DNA of 63,951 nucleotides, filler included, from Dimargaris cristalligena (taxonomy: Eukaryota), in the NCBI GenBank assembly GCA_003614675.1. It is 3 parts of 3 records of this genome, joined end to end, with 100 filler letters (N's around TTAATTAATTAA, not from the genome) between each part and the next. Parts side by side here need not be neighbours in the genome. Positions count along the whole stretch, not along the records: positions 46,152 to 63,951 come from ML002788.1; 2 more parts are not named here. One strand, given 5' to 3'. The position numbers and the translations under genes are program-made. Positions within the stretch are counted from its first letter, which is position 1; each line of letters starts with the position of its first letter. Of this stretch, positions 63,696 to 63,951 are shown piece by piece. The notes under the pieces are model-generated. The model was not told where the DNA came from, did not search any database, and was given only the letters and a program-made list of their open reading frames with translations.

Positions 63696-63951
63696 ATGGC
63701 AATTTCTTTACTTAGCACGCAGACGCAAGTCTGGATTCTTTCGTTGGTGTATTTCTTCACCGGCGGGTCGTACTATACCCTAATGGGGATGGGCGGCGGC
63801 GGCCTGGCCGACAGTTCGGTATCCAGCAACGCCAATACCGCCTTATACGTGTGCGCCGCCGTGACGGGGTTTTTGGCCGGCACGGTGAACAATCTGTTTG
63901 GGCCCCGGATTGCCTGTTTCCTGGGCGGCGTCGCCATTGCCCTGTACGTGA
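63696..63951 (+). CDS. UNC-93/DUF895-like MFS transporter (Ngt1/NOPE1-like), partial
   Basis: Manual translation MAISLLSTQTQVWILSLVYFFTGGSYYTLMGMGGGGLADSSVSSNANTALYVCAAVTGFLAGTVNNLFGPRIACFLGG, open to the window end. The GMGGGG...NANTALY...G..N..GPR pattern is characteristic of the family. Confidence 0.85.
   Translation, partial: MAISLLSTQTQVWILSLVYFFTGGSYYTLMGMGGGGLADSSVSSNANTALYVCAAVTGFLAGTVNNLFGPRIACFLGGVAIALYV

Overview
Eukaryotic, intron-containing fungal genomic DNA, most consistent with an early-diverging (non-Dikarya) fungus. That placement is an inference from snurportin-1 and TOE1 genes, a bacterial-type CAP protein and a short secreted tyrosinase. The window is three contig pieces joined by two artificial 100-nt spacers (N44-TTAATTAATTAA-N44). 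I can support about 16 protein-coding genes: partial ProRS, an Edc1/PNRC-like decapping activator, PheRS alpha, a PARL-like rhomboid, a large RhoGEF, a SCY1-like pseudokinase, snurportin-1, prohibitin-2, a Nab2-like CCCH protein, tyrosinase, an Ina17-like protein, a secreted Thr/Pro repeat protein, a CAP protein, TOE1, a small unknown protein and a partial UNC-93/Ngt1-like transporter. There are also two tRNAs and a decayed Ty3/Gypsy element. Main highlights: (1) a DH-PH RhoGEF module apparently inserted into the middle of a catalytically degenerate RapGAP domain; (2) a 7-exon snurportin-1 gene almost invisible in the ORF track, with a 27-nt microexon and apparently both cap-binding tryptophans replaced by Lys; (3) a G10 frameshift right after the Dcp1/Dcp2-activating motif of the Edc1-like gene; (4) a 111-bp LTR with a tRNA-Ala-type PBS, plus CpG-free islands that suggest repeat methylation. 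All family alignments were done by eye from remembered sequences; no database search was run.
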